From Paragordius varius (lineage: Eukaryota; Animalia; Nematomorpha): a DNA stretch of 64,000 nt. The position numbers and the translations under genes are program-made. The notes beneath the pieces are model-generated. The model did no database searches and was not told where the DNA came from. It saw nothing but the letters and a program-made list of their open reading frames with translations. Numbering within the stretch: the stretch's first letter is position 1; each line of letters opens with the position of its first letter. Location of the stretch: the NCBI GenBank assembly GCA_964247055.1, contig OZ176052.1, positions 124,001-188,000 of the forward strand. The letters are read 5' to 3'. Below are positions 13,062 to 25,213 of this stretch, piece by piece.

Positions 13062-13479
13062 TTTGTGATAAAAATAAATAAATATTATAATACTTTTTTG
13101 TATAAAAATTTTTGGTTGTACCCCCATACCCTTCCCTCCCCTTTTTCAGATTTGACCCGCTTTTTCCTTCAAAAAATCTGGTCACCTTAGGAATGAATAT
13201 TGAATATATAGCGTTCATGAAATATGCGTATTATCAAATTGAATGCGTTTCATCCATTCAAAATGCTCCATTTTTGTGAAATTAAAAAACAATCATATGA
13301 ATATACCCCCCTATTTAACCCTATTGAATGTTTTTTGTGAAGTTTGTTTTAAAAATAGTAATATATCTCTCATTATGGGGATAATATTCATGTATTGTGC
13401 GATCAAAGAAAAACGAAATCATCTCAATACTTAGATTAAATAATGGTTATAATTGTTTTCATCTCCAACCTTAGTTTAT

Positions 13480-14420
13480 TAAAGCAACAATAATTAAAAC
13501 ACTTTTTAAAAAAAAATTATAATAATTTTGTAGAGAATTTGTTTTCCTTTCGTCGCACAATCTTTTGATTCTGCAATATTGTTCCCAGATTGTAGTGCAT
13601 CTACGTTTTTATTAAAATAAAATTTTAATTCCTGAAAAAAATATTCAATAGGATTGAGTTGGAGAGAATAAGGTGGTAAATATTTGAGCTTGTTTCTTAA
13701 ATTACCCAAAATAGAACATTAATGAATGGGTGGGTTGTGTCACAAATGACAAGCGCATCTTGTGGTAACATGGCCAATGACTCTTCCAAAAATGGCTTAA
13801 AAGACTGGCCATTGAACGCTCCCTGTTTGATGCTATAATTAACAACACCCTAGAATAAAGATATACCTCTATTAAAGCCTTTTACAATAGGTGCCTGTCC
13901 TGACAGGGCCCGGCCGAACATCTATTTTGCTATCAATTAAAACCCTGACTCATCCAAATAAATTTTGTTCAAGGTATACCGTTCACGTTTAAAAGACAAG
14001 CATACTCAAATTGTTTCTGAATAACCAGCGAAGAATTGCGCTGTTACGTCCCATAATACGCCGCGCGTATAGTTTATATTTTAAATATTTTATTTAAAGT
14101 ATTTTTGGATATTTTGCATTCTGTTGGTAATTTATTGAGAATATTATTGACAGTCTATTCACAATCACTATCGAGGATTGTTTTGACTGACTAGACCTTC
14201 ATTGCATGTTTTCCTCCCCTTTTATAGCTCTTTCTATCCCCAAAGTCATGCTTCATCTCATGGCATTTATGGAACTTATGACATGTCTAAATCATCCACA
14301 AAATAACGAGACGATAATTAATGATTTCTGGGATTCCCAAAAATTTTGTATGCCTTAGCCTTTTTTTCATCTGACTAAAAATGAAAATTATCATAAACAG
14401 TACTTTTCCTTTTTCCTCTA
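13480..14420 (-). pseudogene. Tc1/IS630-type DDE transposase remnant
   Basis: Minus-strand motifs LDESGF (about 13943-13960), LVICDN (about 13740) and LPPYSLQLNPIE (about 13645-13680) in DDE order; disrupted frame; upstream limit approximate. Confidence 0.75.
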
Positions 14421-14452
14421 CCGTTTAATCAATTTGTCATACTTTCATTCCC

Positions 14453-14746
14453 GCCAATTTCATTACCACCTAAAGTCTAATTGAAAAAAAACCATAGATG
14501 CCAGGAACAATATAATCTTGCCTGTGTCTTTTACCTTCGTCATCATAATCTGAAGCTAACATTATAAAGGAAAAAAATCATCAGGGACACCAGGACAAGC
14601 TCTACTATTAATTCATTTCCGTCAATTTCGTTTACACCTAAAGTCTAAATTAAAAAAAAACCATCGTTGCCAGGAACAATATATCTTGCATGTGTCTTAT
14701 ATCTTCGTCAACATATTCTGAATCCAAAGTTATAAAGGAAAAAAAT
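14453..14746. repeat. Two diverged direct repeats of about 125 bp
   Basis: About 14453-14578 and 14619-14746 share CACCTAAAGTCTAA..AAAAAAACCAT..TGCCAGGAACAATATA..TCTTGC.TGTGTCTT..TTATAAAGGAAAAAAAT. Confidence 0.8.
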
Positions 14747-15644
14747 AGAAAAATTGAATCAAAATGATTATTTAATATAGCATAATATATTGCGAATATC
14801 TCTTTTAGAATAGTTCCCATTTCTAAAACAAAAAAATTATTATTTTAGATAAAAATTACGATTTTCCCAACCCTTTTATACAATTATTAGTGAAGGGTTA
14901 GTTGTAATTGTATTTTCTTTATACTTAAACACATTTTACCAAATATTTTCAATGCCCTTCCCCCACACTTCTCTTACTTTTTTGATGAATATGATATGGT
15001 TAATACCATGAAGTTCCATTCTTTTGTTTAACAAATAAAAATACTCAATTAACAAAAAATAAATAAATTTTTGCCAAACAAAAAGATACATGATTACAAT
15101 TTAATTTTTTTTATTATGCGCTCTCTTTAACAAATTTTTACAAAAAATGTTTTTCTTTGAAATAGAATATTTGCCCATTTGTAATATATCATTCGAAAGG
15201 GTAATGAAAACTCTATATAATGCATACTAATTGTTTTACATTAATAATTTATATTGGATATAGGAAGCATTTTTCTTAATTAATATATTTTTAAACTAAT
15301 GGATAAAAATAGCTCAAACTTTGTCTTGCCAATAAATGTAAAAAAGATAACACATGAAAGTTTTTTGATAAAAACGGTTATTTAATGCTTTTGTGTCATA
15401 TACAGCCATTAAACTATTTCCTAATGAAATAACACAAATGATTTAAAGTTCGAATAAAATACAAATGATTAAATAAATTAATGGCAATTTGCTGCCACTT
15501 CCTCACTTATTTTCTTAATTTATATCGTGAGACTGAATTATTTTTATGTATATATTTTGAGTATTATACTCAATAAATGTGTGAAAAAGCTATAAATTTT
15601 TATCAGTATTATATGCTATAATTTTTTGGTGATTACCTTTGATA

Positions 15645-17377
15645 TATACCATTTACATTTCTAATTTACCCTTGAACAATTCAAATTCACCCTTAAACAA
15701 TTCAACACCCTCGAACAATTCAAATTCACCCTAAAAATAAATTTTGTGTTCGAACTATATAACTCATTGTTGATATGAAATATATCTTTATGGCATTGTT
15801 TATAATTTTTCAATATTATTTTAATTTAAAAAAATATTTTTTTATATATATAAATATAGGTAATTTCAAATCTTGAAAAACACATATTGAGGGTGAATTT
15901 GAATTGTTTAAGGGTAATGTGACCAGATATTTTTAACTCGGACGCAGTACAAAATTAAAACATACTTTGCCTGTTTTTACACCATCGTGTGGTATATTAC
16001 ACAGTTTCCAAAAAATACCCAGATGAAATATTTGTATTCTGATAGGAAAATATCAGGATTATCATGGTGCTTTTGGTTTTAACCTTTACGAATTATTAAA
16101 GAAAGTTATTTACACTTTTGTTGTAGGTGCTCAGTATAATAAATATATTTTTTGGAAGCATGCTTTATTTCAAAAATATTACTAATTATAACATATACTA
16201 CATATAAAAAGTAAATATTTTTAAAAATTCAGTTCCAAATTTTTTGGCTCTTTAAAAATGGACTGTTCTCTTATAAACTCAAAAATTCCGACTTTGATAT
16301 CAACTAAATATATTTTAAAAAATACACACTTTCAAAAATTTAATATTTAGCAAAATTTGTTGAAGCGTACTTCATATTATTTTGAGCATGATGGAACCGA
16401 TATAAACGGTTGAGATGTTATTACATTTTATATATATAATGCTAATTCTCAAACAAATTTTTGATTAAAATATTCGTTTCATTTCAAATTTATGTTAAAT
16501 AAAAATTGTGGATCTAAAAAAAAAGTTCACCGAAATTTGCAAGCAAACAAACGTTTAAATTAAAATTTTGAACCTATAGTAATGTATCATCGAATTTTTT
16601 AGAAAAAGGATTTATTATATATTAAACGTTATACAGTTACCATTATGCATCAAAATCGTTAGAAGTACGCTTCAACAAAATATCTCAAATTCGTTTTTAT
16701 GCAATAAGAAAACATAAAAATTAAAGTTTAGAAAAAAAAATTAAGTAATATGAAACCTCCAACCTAATGAGTATAGAAAACGTAAAAACCCTTAATTTTT
16801 TAATAAGAAAAAAAAGGTTATTTCGAAATCATATGCCATATATAATAAATTTTATATAATATGTTACAGGAATAATTATCTATATAATTTTCAGTTTAAT
16901 AATTATAAAAAAAATTAACTTTCAAAACTTGATCAATTTAAAATCATAAATAATTTTGTAAATTTTATATTTTGAGGCACCTCTTTTTGCGGAAGCCCTG
17001 AGTGAAAGAGCGATGATCCTGAATCTTACGGTGTGGAGTCCGAGATTTATAGTTTCTCCAGGCTGCAATCCAAAGTTTAAAAATAGGCCAATCTTAGTTT
17101 GTTACCGCAAAATGAACCATTTCTTTACATATTATGGGGTTATTTTTACTATTTGTTTGAATAAATAAAAGGTATTTAATATATATTTATAAAAAATTTT
17201 TTTTTAAAATTTAGAAAGCGGTACAAAAGTAGGCGGAGTACAGGCGCAGTTTTTTTCTGAAAACCCAGTACAGTACTGCGAAAAACAGCCTATCTGGTCA
17301 CTTTATTTAAGGGTGAATTTGAATTGTTTAAGGGGGAATTTGAATTTTATGGGTAAATATAAATTGTAAATCGTATA
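15645..17377. mobile_element. Foldback-type element (internal tandem repeats in inverted arms), split by a nested hAT MITE
   Basis: Termini TATACCATTTACA and TGTAAATCGTATA. AACAATTCAAATTCACCC units on the left; reverse-complement units at 15890-15914 and 17306-17360. Confidence 0.8.
15915..17305. mobile_element. Non-autonomous hAT (Blackjack-like TIR)
   Basis: TIRs TAATGTGACCAGA and TCTGGTCACTTTA; exact 8-bp TSD TTTAAGGG at 15907-15914 and 17306-17313. Confidence 0.88.
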
Positions 17378-17869
17378 TATCAGGGATGGTGAAACGGTAG
17401 ACCGCGGTCGACTTCGTGACCGCGAGATTAAAAAAAGATAAAAATATTTTTGCACAGATATTTTTCACAAAAATGATAAATTATTTTTATGTAATTGAAA
17501 AAAATACTTGCCAAATGAAAATTTGTAATGACGTTTTGGGGTAGTCTCAGTGAAATTTGTTATATATTGATTTTACTGTCATTCTGTTTGTTTTAATCAC
17601 GCTTTGGAGCTGTCCCAATTTTAGATATAGAAGTCATAAAACCTTAAAAAAAAATAAGCTTATATATCTAAAAATAATGTTTGATAATAAAATTTTAACT
17701 AAAGTAACTTTCATAACAGTAGTTTATTTACAAAAGTGATCTTGGAGTATAAAATTACTATGTGAACTAGGATAAAAATATGAAAGATCATGTGTGAAAG
17801 TTAATTAATTTTTTTTTATTTCAGAAACTGCCCCGCCAAATTTTTTTGGTATTACCAGTTTTCTAAAGA

Positions 17870-18154
17870 TACAGTAAAAACTGAAATTATACGGACTAAA
17901 TGTAAAAATATAAAGACAAATAATTTTTTTAAAAGACAACCCCATACTTTTATAAACCTTAATTAATCTAACTATTTAATTAATATTGTAAATGTATAAT
18001 TGATTGTGTTACCAATTTACATTTCTATATTATACTTTGTAGTTTAAACAATGTATAATTTAAAAAACTCAAGAAAAAGTATGGGGTTGTCTTTTAGAAA
18101 AAAATATTTGTCTTTATATTTTCATATTTTGTCCGTATAATTTCATTTTTACTG
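17870..18154. mobile_element. MITE family A copy
   Basis: TA-CAGTAAAAACTGAAATTATACGGAC ... GTCCGTATAATTTCATTTTTACTG inverted arms. Confidence 0.9.
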
Positions 18155-18452
18155 GTAATCATTTTATGGTTACATCAAGCATGGTTAAAATTGTGCTATT
18201 TTTCCTGATATTTTAAAGTTATCCGCAGACCCAAAATATTCCAATAAATGAGTATAAGAGAAAGATGATGGCTGACTATAAAATATTAAGAGTTTAAGGA
18301 GATAATCCTAAATTATACAATGTCAACGGAATCCCTGAACGAAACTGTTAAATATGGAAGAATACAATTAAAGGATCTAAAGCAAGCATAAATACATATA
18401 CAAACAACATAAAATATGCACTATTTATTACTTCACAAACTTTGATTGAATA

Positions 18453-18753
18453 TACAGTTAAAATGGAAATTATACGAACAAAAGGTAAATATATAAAGAC
18501 AAATATTTTTTTCTAAAAGACAACAACCATACTTTTTAAATATTAATGTTTTCATGGAAGCTATTTAGTCACATTTGTAAAATATAAAATTTATTGTGTT
18601 AGTATTATATATCTCGATCCACACTTTGCCCTTTTCAACAATGACTTAGTTATTCTAAAAAAATCAAGAAAAAGTATGGTTGTTGTCTTTAAGAAAAAAA
18701 TATTTGTCTTTATATTTTTACGCTTTGTCCGTATAATTTCAGTTTTTACTGTA
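18453..18753. mobile_element. MITE family A copy
   Basis: Same long inverted arms with TA flanks. Confidence 0.9.
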
Positions 18754-19580
18754 TGTTCATGTGTTTACTAAGTCTCAGGTTGGAATACTTTCAAAAAGCA
18801 ACCATTCTATTGCATTTTAAGATCTTAATCGGTGTTTATTGATTCTTATACCTCATTTATTTGGCAAAACCTTGTTCACTTATGATTAGAATTAGGTTTA
18901 ACCAGTTACCGTGACTGCGACAGCTAATATAAAACCAATTACATTCGATTTTTTATGTATATCATGTGACGTGAAATACTAATTATAATAATATTGAATT
19001 AACGTCAAAAAAGGTAATAATAAAGTTATGACTATCGGGCAACAAGTGTATAGATTTACTTTGTTTAGTATCACATATTTCCAAAAATAATTGAATGTTT
19101 CAAATGTTTTAAAACTCAACCATATATTTTCTTTTACATTTTTTAGAGTTTCCTCTTTTTTCCCATATGCTAAAACCAAGCTTTAATCAATTAATATTTA
19201 TTGAGTTAATCATTCTTTCAAAGTTATAAATGTTCTTCTAAAGATAATTCATTGTAATATCTCAACCACACTTTAAAGCTATAGTGTGTTGTGCAGGGTA
19301 CTCATTATTTTCTTTGTCAGTAATGTTGGCTAAATTGTTTCGATATAAGCAAAGGATGTATAACAATCTAATGATATGAAGTTTTAAACTGACATTTTTC
19401 AGTAATAATTTTTACTTACTGATATTTATCTAGACGGTACATGAAAAAAAAACGCCTAATTTTTTAAATTAGACCATCTTTTAAGTAATATTATGCTTTG
19501 TAAAATTATTAATAAGTATGGTTTTAACACCTAATTTGAATATTATATGAAAATTATTGTTCAAATTTATCCTTCTTAAT

Positions 19581-19856
19581 TACAGTAAAATTTATAATTA
19601 TGCGGACAAAACGTAAAAACATTTAGACAAATATTTTTTTCTATAAGACAACCATACTCTTTTAAGCTTGATTTTTTAATATTAATTGTTTTAAATAGCA
19701 CATCATAGAATTGATATCTATATTGGTACCATTTTAAAATTGTAATTAGATAATTTATATGAGAAAAATTAAGGTTTACAAAAGTATGGTTGTCTTTTAA
19801 AAAAAATTGTCTTTATATTTTAACGTTTTTACCGTATAATTTCAGTTTTTACTGTA
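19581..19856. mobile_element. MITE family A copy
   Basis: Same long inverted arms with TA flanks. Confidence 0.9.
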
Positions 19857-20015
19857 ATTTTTTTCCAAAAGCAACATATCGTATTGAAATCCAAAATCCA
19901 ACATTTCCATAAAAATTTCTAAGTAAATTTATAAAATTAAAAATTATTCACCATCTCTTTTTTGTTATCATGATAGAAATACAGAGCTTTTGTTTATTAT
20001 AAAGGATACTTACAA

Positions 20016-20188
20016 TACAGTAGCGTATGGCATAAAACAATATTAGTCCATAAATGAGTAAAAAAAGTTATTTTTTAAAAAAACAAAGGAATATTATGGT
20101 ATGTGTATATAACTAGGCTTGTTGATTAAGAGAAGCATTTTTTTATTCTTTTGTGGACTAATAATGTTTTATGCCATACGCTACCGTT
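20016..20188. mobile_element. MITE family B copy (CAGTAGCGTATGGCATAAAAC termini)
   Basis: Inverted termini; a second, near-identical copy lies at 57907-58080. Confidence 0.85.
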
Positions 20189-21144
20189 AAATATGATGTG
20201 CGTGGTTGATTGTATCCTAAGGCATCCACTTGAGACATATTCATTTTTGTGTTAAAGAACAATGGTCATTTATCTGTGCCTTTTTAATTATTATTCTTTC
20301 TTAACAAAAAAAGATAATTTATTTAAACCAACATTACCATTCCCTTAGAAGACGTAAAATATGGAAAAGATGGCACATTCTTATACAAACTTGGATTTTG
20401 TTGGAAATTATATTCAAAGCAATCATTATTCTTCCTCGAAAGATGTATTTGACTTAAGAAAAAGCCCGAAAAAAATGTTTTTATCTCCAACAAAAAATCA
20501 GGCTCAATTGGTAAGGAATCTCAAATCCTTGCTTCTCCCTAAAGGTTTATTTAATTAATTTCGCATAAAACACCACCGGAATTCGGTATCTAAACATTTT
20601 GTCAAAAAAATCTTTGGAAGCGGCACCAGAACCATTTAGCCAAGAGCCGCTTTGTATTATTAATATAGGAACCAAATTTAACACAAAAAATTGTCTTGAA
20701 ATCAAAACCGATTCCCTATTACATACTTTAACAATTTAAAATAAAGTTGTTTCAATCAGAGAGAAGAGATTTGTAGAAAAACTGGAGAAATTATTATTCA
20801 AGCAGTTGTTGTCATCAAAAGAATTTGGCAGCGTTTTTAAAACTTAAAAGCGGTATAAATATTATTGGTTTCTATAAACCTTTGTATTTGTTGATAAATC
20901 ATAGAACTGGAAGAAAGAATCTAATTTAAATTAAAACATTTTTTTTGTAACATTGCAAACATGTTTTTTTAGTTTTCATTTAATATATTTACTTATTTTG
21001 TTTTTGTTTTTATTTTAGTTTCATTTTTACGTTTGACACAGATTGCTTGTAGTAATCGAAAATTCAGATTTCAATTACAGTATGCATTTTAATGCCTATT
21101 TCACACTATAGTTGGGCATTTTGGAATAGCGAATTACCCTATAG

Positions 21145-23436
21145 CAGTGGTACTCAAACTGCGGCCCTAAGACTACTTTAAAATTGCCCTACGACCATAT
21201 TGATACTTAAATTATTTTTTTATTGATGAATTTTTAAAATACACATAAACGAATTTTCGCTTAATTTAATATTAATTCATTTATTTAGATTTAATTTTGG
21301 TAATTTTTATTTTTTACCCAATTTGAAATGTAAAAAAATTTCCCTATATTAAAATGATTTCAAAATTTTGGCACACGTTTCTGTTTCTGTATTCTATTAG
21401 AAATATATATTACATTCCTTTTTTGTATTTAAGCAAGCCGTTAATTCAAACTTTCATATACATATTCTTTTCATTGCTATCCTGCATCGTTTTATATAAC
21501 TATTTCCCATAAAATATTTTTCAAATAAACATTATTAAATTTCAATGTTTTTTATAGCATAATTTATATCATATTTCTATTTCTTTGAAAAATTTACATA
21601 ATATTTAAAAATAATTTAAAGGATGACATCTAATGCTAAAAAACGTAAATAATCCGATGAAAATCGCTCCTCTAAAAAAATGGAAAAAAAATTATTTGTC
21701 GTGTTAAATCAAATGTTGTTACCTGCCATATATGTAAGACATAAATATAAATACAATATTAAAAGACATTTTAGAATCCATCATTAAAAAATCACGTAGA
21801 AAGAAACGAAAAAAAATAAGGAATTAAACCAGAAAGAAAAATCTATTATGTCCATAGCTTTCTCCCAGATATTTTCCAACAATTAAAACGATTGAAGAAA
21901 ATATGGAATTTACCGCGATTAATTTAATAATAAACAATCATTTAACATTTTTATTTAATAAGATGAAATTCAGATTTTAAGAATAAAGAAATATTAAAAA
22001 TAAACTCAATAAACCATGGCTTATAGATATTTCCATCATTAAGCAACTTGAGCATTGTTTTGATCAGGCGCATATCATTGAAAAATTCGTAGATTTTCAA
22101 AATGATTCCAATTTACTCAAGTTATCCTAACTATTTTTCCCTCAACTTACACGTGTGAGACAGCATATTCATGAATGAATTATGCCATATACATACAGAA
22201 ATTGCTTAACCGGAGCTCATATGGACGACGTGTTAAGACTGGCCTGTCATGAGACAAATCCAAATTTGCCAAAAATTATTGGTTAATATCAGGGCTTGAA
22301 ACCGGAACCGTAACCGCATGGAACCGGAAACCGGTTAGGGGGATTTTAACAAGAACCGGTTCCATTATGATGAAACCAACGCGGTTCCGGTTCCACTTCT
22401 CCGGAAACCACCTCGGTACCGATTCCAAAATTTCAGGATTTACCCGGTTCTATCTATAAAGTTTTAGGCACCAACCCGGTTCCGGTTCCACCCCCGTAAT
22501 TACTGGTTTCCATATTTTTATTATAAAATTTATTTTATAATTTAAATTTGATTGTACCACTACATATTACAACATACTTCAAACCTAAAATTAAGCGCCT
22601 AATACTATATTTGCCATATTTTCTGATTTTTAAGCGATTCGGCTGTTCTAAAAAACTATTATTCATAACTCGAGTTTATTTATAATACATATGTTAGTAA
22701 ATATAGATCTCCGTTGAAAGGAGTTTTTCACCCTTAATTTTCTATTTCAGACCTAAGGATCAATCTGACCAGCGAATTACTTGGTCCAATAATTATTAAA
22801 GTTTAAAAAATTTTTTTAGATGCCATAATTAATTTAACTCTCATTAAATACCTTTGTACTATTCCTATTATAGTTATATAATTTGTTTCATTTATTATGC
22901 TACACTATATTTCTTCCGCTATACATTTGGCGACTTATAATAAATTGTTTGATAAAATTTCGGTTGTTTTATTATAATAATAATTTTGTAAATCATTTAA
23001 TCAAAAGTCAGGAACCGAAAATGAACCGGTTCTAAATATAAGGAACCGGTTCCGAAACCGCTAAATTTTTAAGGATCCATCGCGGTTCCGGTTTCATTTG
23101 TTCAGAAACCCCCCGGTTCCGGCTGGAACCTACTGGTTCTATTTTCAAAGCCTTAAAAACCAACGCGGTTCCGGTTCCACTTTTTTTATCGGTTCCAAGC
23201 CCTGGTTAATATCAAAATAAGTGTATCGAAATTATTAATTTTTTAAACTAAATGGTGCAAAACGAGTTTTTTGCTGGATTTAAATGCGACAAAAAATTCA
23301 TTGTGCTGATTTAGAGTAAAAATATGTGCATATGTGTCAAATAGCTATGGAATATTTGCCATTATTAAGTTTATGGCCCTCGAAAAAAAAAATATATTAA
23401 GTTTAGCCCGTCAAATTTTTTTGGTGAGTACCACTG
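21145..23436 (+). mobile_element. hAT transposon (Charlie/Buster-type), internally deleted and degenerate
   Basis: TIRs CAGTGGTACTC and GAGTACCACTG; exact 8-bp TSD CCCTATAG at 21137-21144 and 23437-23444. Remnant MTSNAKKRK..DENR near 21623 resembles GTF2IRD2/Charlie transposase N-termini. Confidence 0.88.
22290..23204. mobile_element. Non-autonomous hAT MITE with GAACCGG subterminal repeats, nested in the Charlie-type element
   Basis: TIRs CAGGGCTTG(A/G)AACCG and CGGTTCCAAGCCCTG; exact 8-bp TSD GTTAATAT at 22282-22289 and 23205-23212. Confidence 0.9.
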
Positions 23437-23790
23437 CCCTATAGTTTAAAATAAGCAACCATTAAAATGGATATATAGCTGAATTATAATCCCAATATTA
23501 ACATTAAAATATAATTTTTGGATTGGCAGAGAAATGTAGCATTAAAAAAGATTTATGGTTTTTATAGCAAAGTATTTCTGCATTTAAAATGGAATCAGAA
23601 TCAAAATATTTAAACTGTAACCGTTTTTTAAATAACTGTGGAACAGACAACTTAACTAATTTCATCTCAGCTTTAGGTACTATCAAAATAATTCTTTATC
23701 GGATTTTCAGCCAATAAAAATTTTTTAACAATATATTTATAATGCTCTAAAAAATTATCAAAAATAACCTGTTAAAACTAGCCTTTCGTC

Positions 23791-24039
23791 CAGGAGTGTT
23801 CAACACGCGGCCCTTTGAGAAATTTCAAATAAACAATTTCAAATACAAAATTTTACAAAATCTAGTAAGTAAGACAAATTTTTGACTATATCTTTCCGTA
23901 TTTTGGCAATGAACTAGCAATATTGTTAAAATCAATAGTAATTTTTACAGTTTTATGTTTGAAATGTAATATATTATTTGTTATTCCCCAAATCTTTTCT
24001 TAATGCGGCCCGCGATGCGATTTGTGTTGGACACCCCCG
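23791..24039. mobile_element. Short hAT (Charlie-type) MITE
   Basis: Termini CAGGAGTGTTCAACAC and GTGTTGGACACCCCCG with GCGGCCC subterminal motifs; flanks CTTTCGTC and ATTTAGTC match at 6/8 (decayed TSD). Confidence 0.7.
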
Positions 24040-24489
24040 ATTTAGTCACCTATTTACACCTGGCATAAAAAAGATTATACATGTTTATTTTCCTAAGCTA
24101 TTTATTTATTTCTTTTGTCAATATTATATATATATATATATAAAGTTTCAAAATTTTTAAGGTTTGCGCGTTTTTATGTTCTAAAAAAATTTATATTTAA
24201 AATTTTTACATCACTTCCTAGAGGGCAAAATAAAAATGTAAAACACATGAAAAATAATTTACGGATCACTGAACAATCTTTGAATGAATGAATATATTAT
24301 AATTTTTTCTTTTGTAAAAAAACGTAATCTTATCCGTAAGCCTAAAGCCAAATTTTAAGTTAAAATAAAAAATTATGTGTGATTGTGCCAAAAATTGTTT
24401 AAAGACCATAAAAACTCATTATTTTTTTACTAAAAAAACATTTACATTGTATAAAAAGTAGTTAAAAAATTTAACAACAAAAAAGGATA

Positions 24490-24768
24490 TACAGTAAAAA
24501 TTGAAATTATACGGAAAGACGTGGAAATATAAAGACAAATATTTTTTTCAAAAAGACAACCATACTCTTTCAATCGTTATTTTTAAAATATAACTAATTT
24601 TTTTAAACTACAAAGTTTCTAAAAATGTAAAAATTAGTAACGCAATCAATTATGTACTTTACGATTATAATTAAATGTTATATGATAAATTAAGGTTTAA
24701 AAAAATATAATTATCTTTTTTAATAAAAATTTTTGTCTTTATATTTTGTCCGTATAATCTCAACTGTA
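24490..24768. mobile_element. MITE family A copy
   Basis: Same long inverted arms with TA flanks. Confidence 0.88.
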
Positions 24769-25213
24769 TATAAATGCGCTTATTGATAACATGATAAGTT
24801 GATACATTGTGTTTAAGAAATTGACTTAGCCCGAAAATATAAATGAGATTTTTTAGGTTAATTTAACAACTTTTCTCTTTGTCACATGTATAAAAAACTG
24901 CTTGAGTCTAAAAATCATCCAAAAATAAGTTTATTTATAAAAAAAATAAGTACAAAGAAATAAAAAACGTACAAAAAACACGTATGCATATCTTTTTTCA
25001 CTTGTTGTTTGCCTCTGTTTGTTCTTTTTCGTTTCATTTTTTTTGAACATAAATATTTTTTTTGACACATTCAAAAAAAAGAGTGCATCTTTATTTCTCT
25101 ATAATTAATTCATTGTAAATTTTATCTTCAGTGGAATATCAAATAATATTTTTTATAATCAAGAATTAAATATTGTACAACAAAAACCTACTAATTTATC
25201 ATCCAACACTCAA

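Larger units (their letters stand above)
10161..13189 (+). mobile_element. hAT transposon (Blackjack-like TIR) with degenerate transposase
   Basis: TIRs TAAGGTGACCAGA (10161) and TCTGGTCACCTTA (ends 13189); exact 8-bp TSD GGAATGAA at 10153-10160 and 13190-13197. Confidence 0.92.
21078..23482. mobile_element. Small MITE (CAGTATGCATTTTAATG terminus) hosting the Charlie-type hAT
   Basis: Left arm 21078-21136 matches the reverse complement of about 27555-27625; the right arm resumes after the hAT TSD (AAATAAGCAACCATTAAAATGGATATATAGCTG). Confidence 0.55.

Noticed and set aside
16985-17070. tRNA/SINE-like A and B box pattern
   Set aside because: No convincing cloverleaf or second copy; it lies within a hAT MITE.
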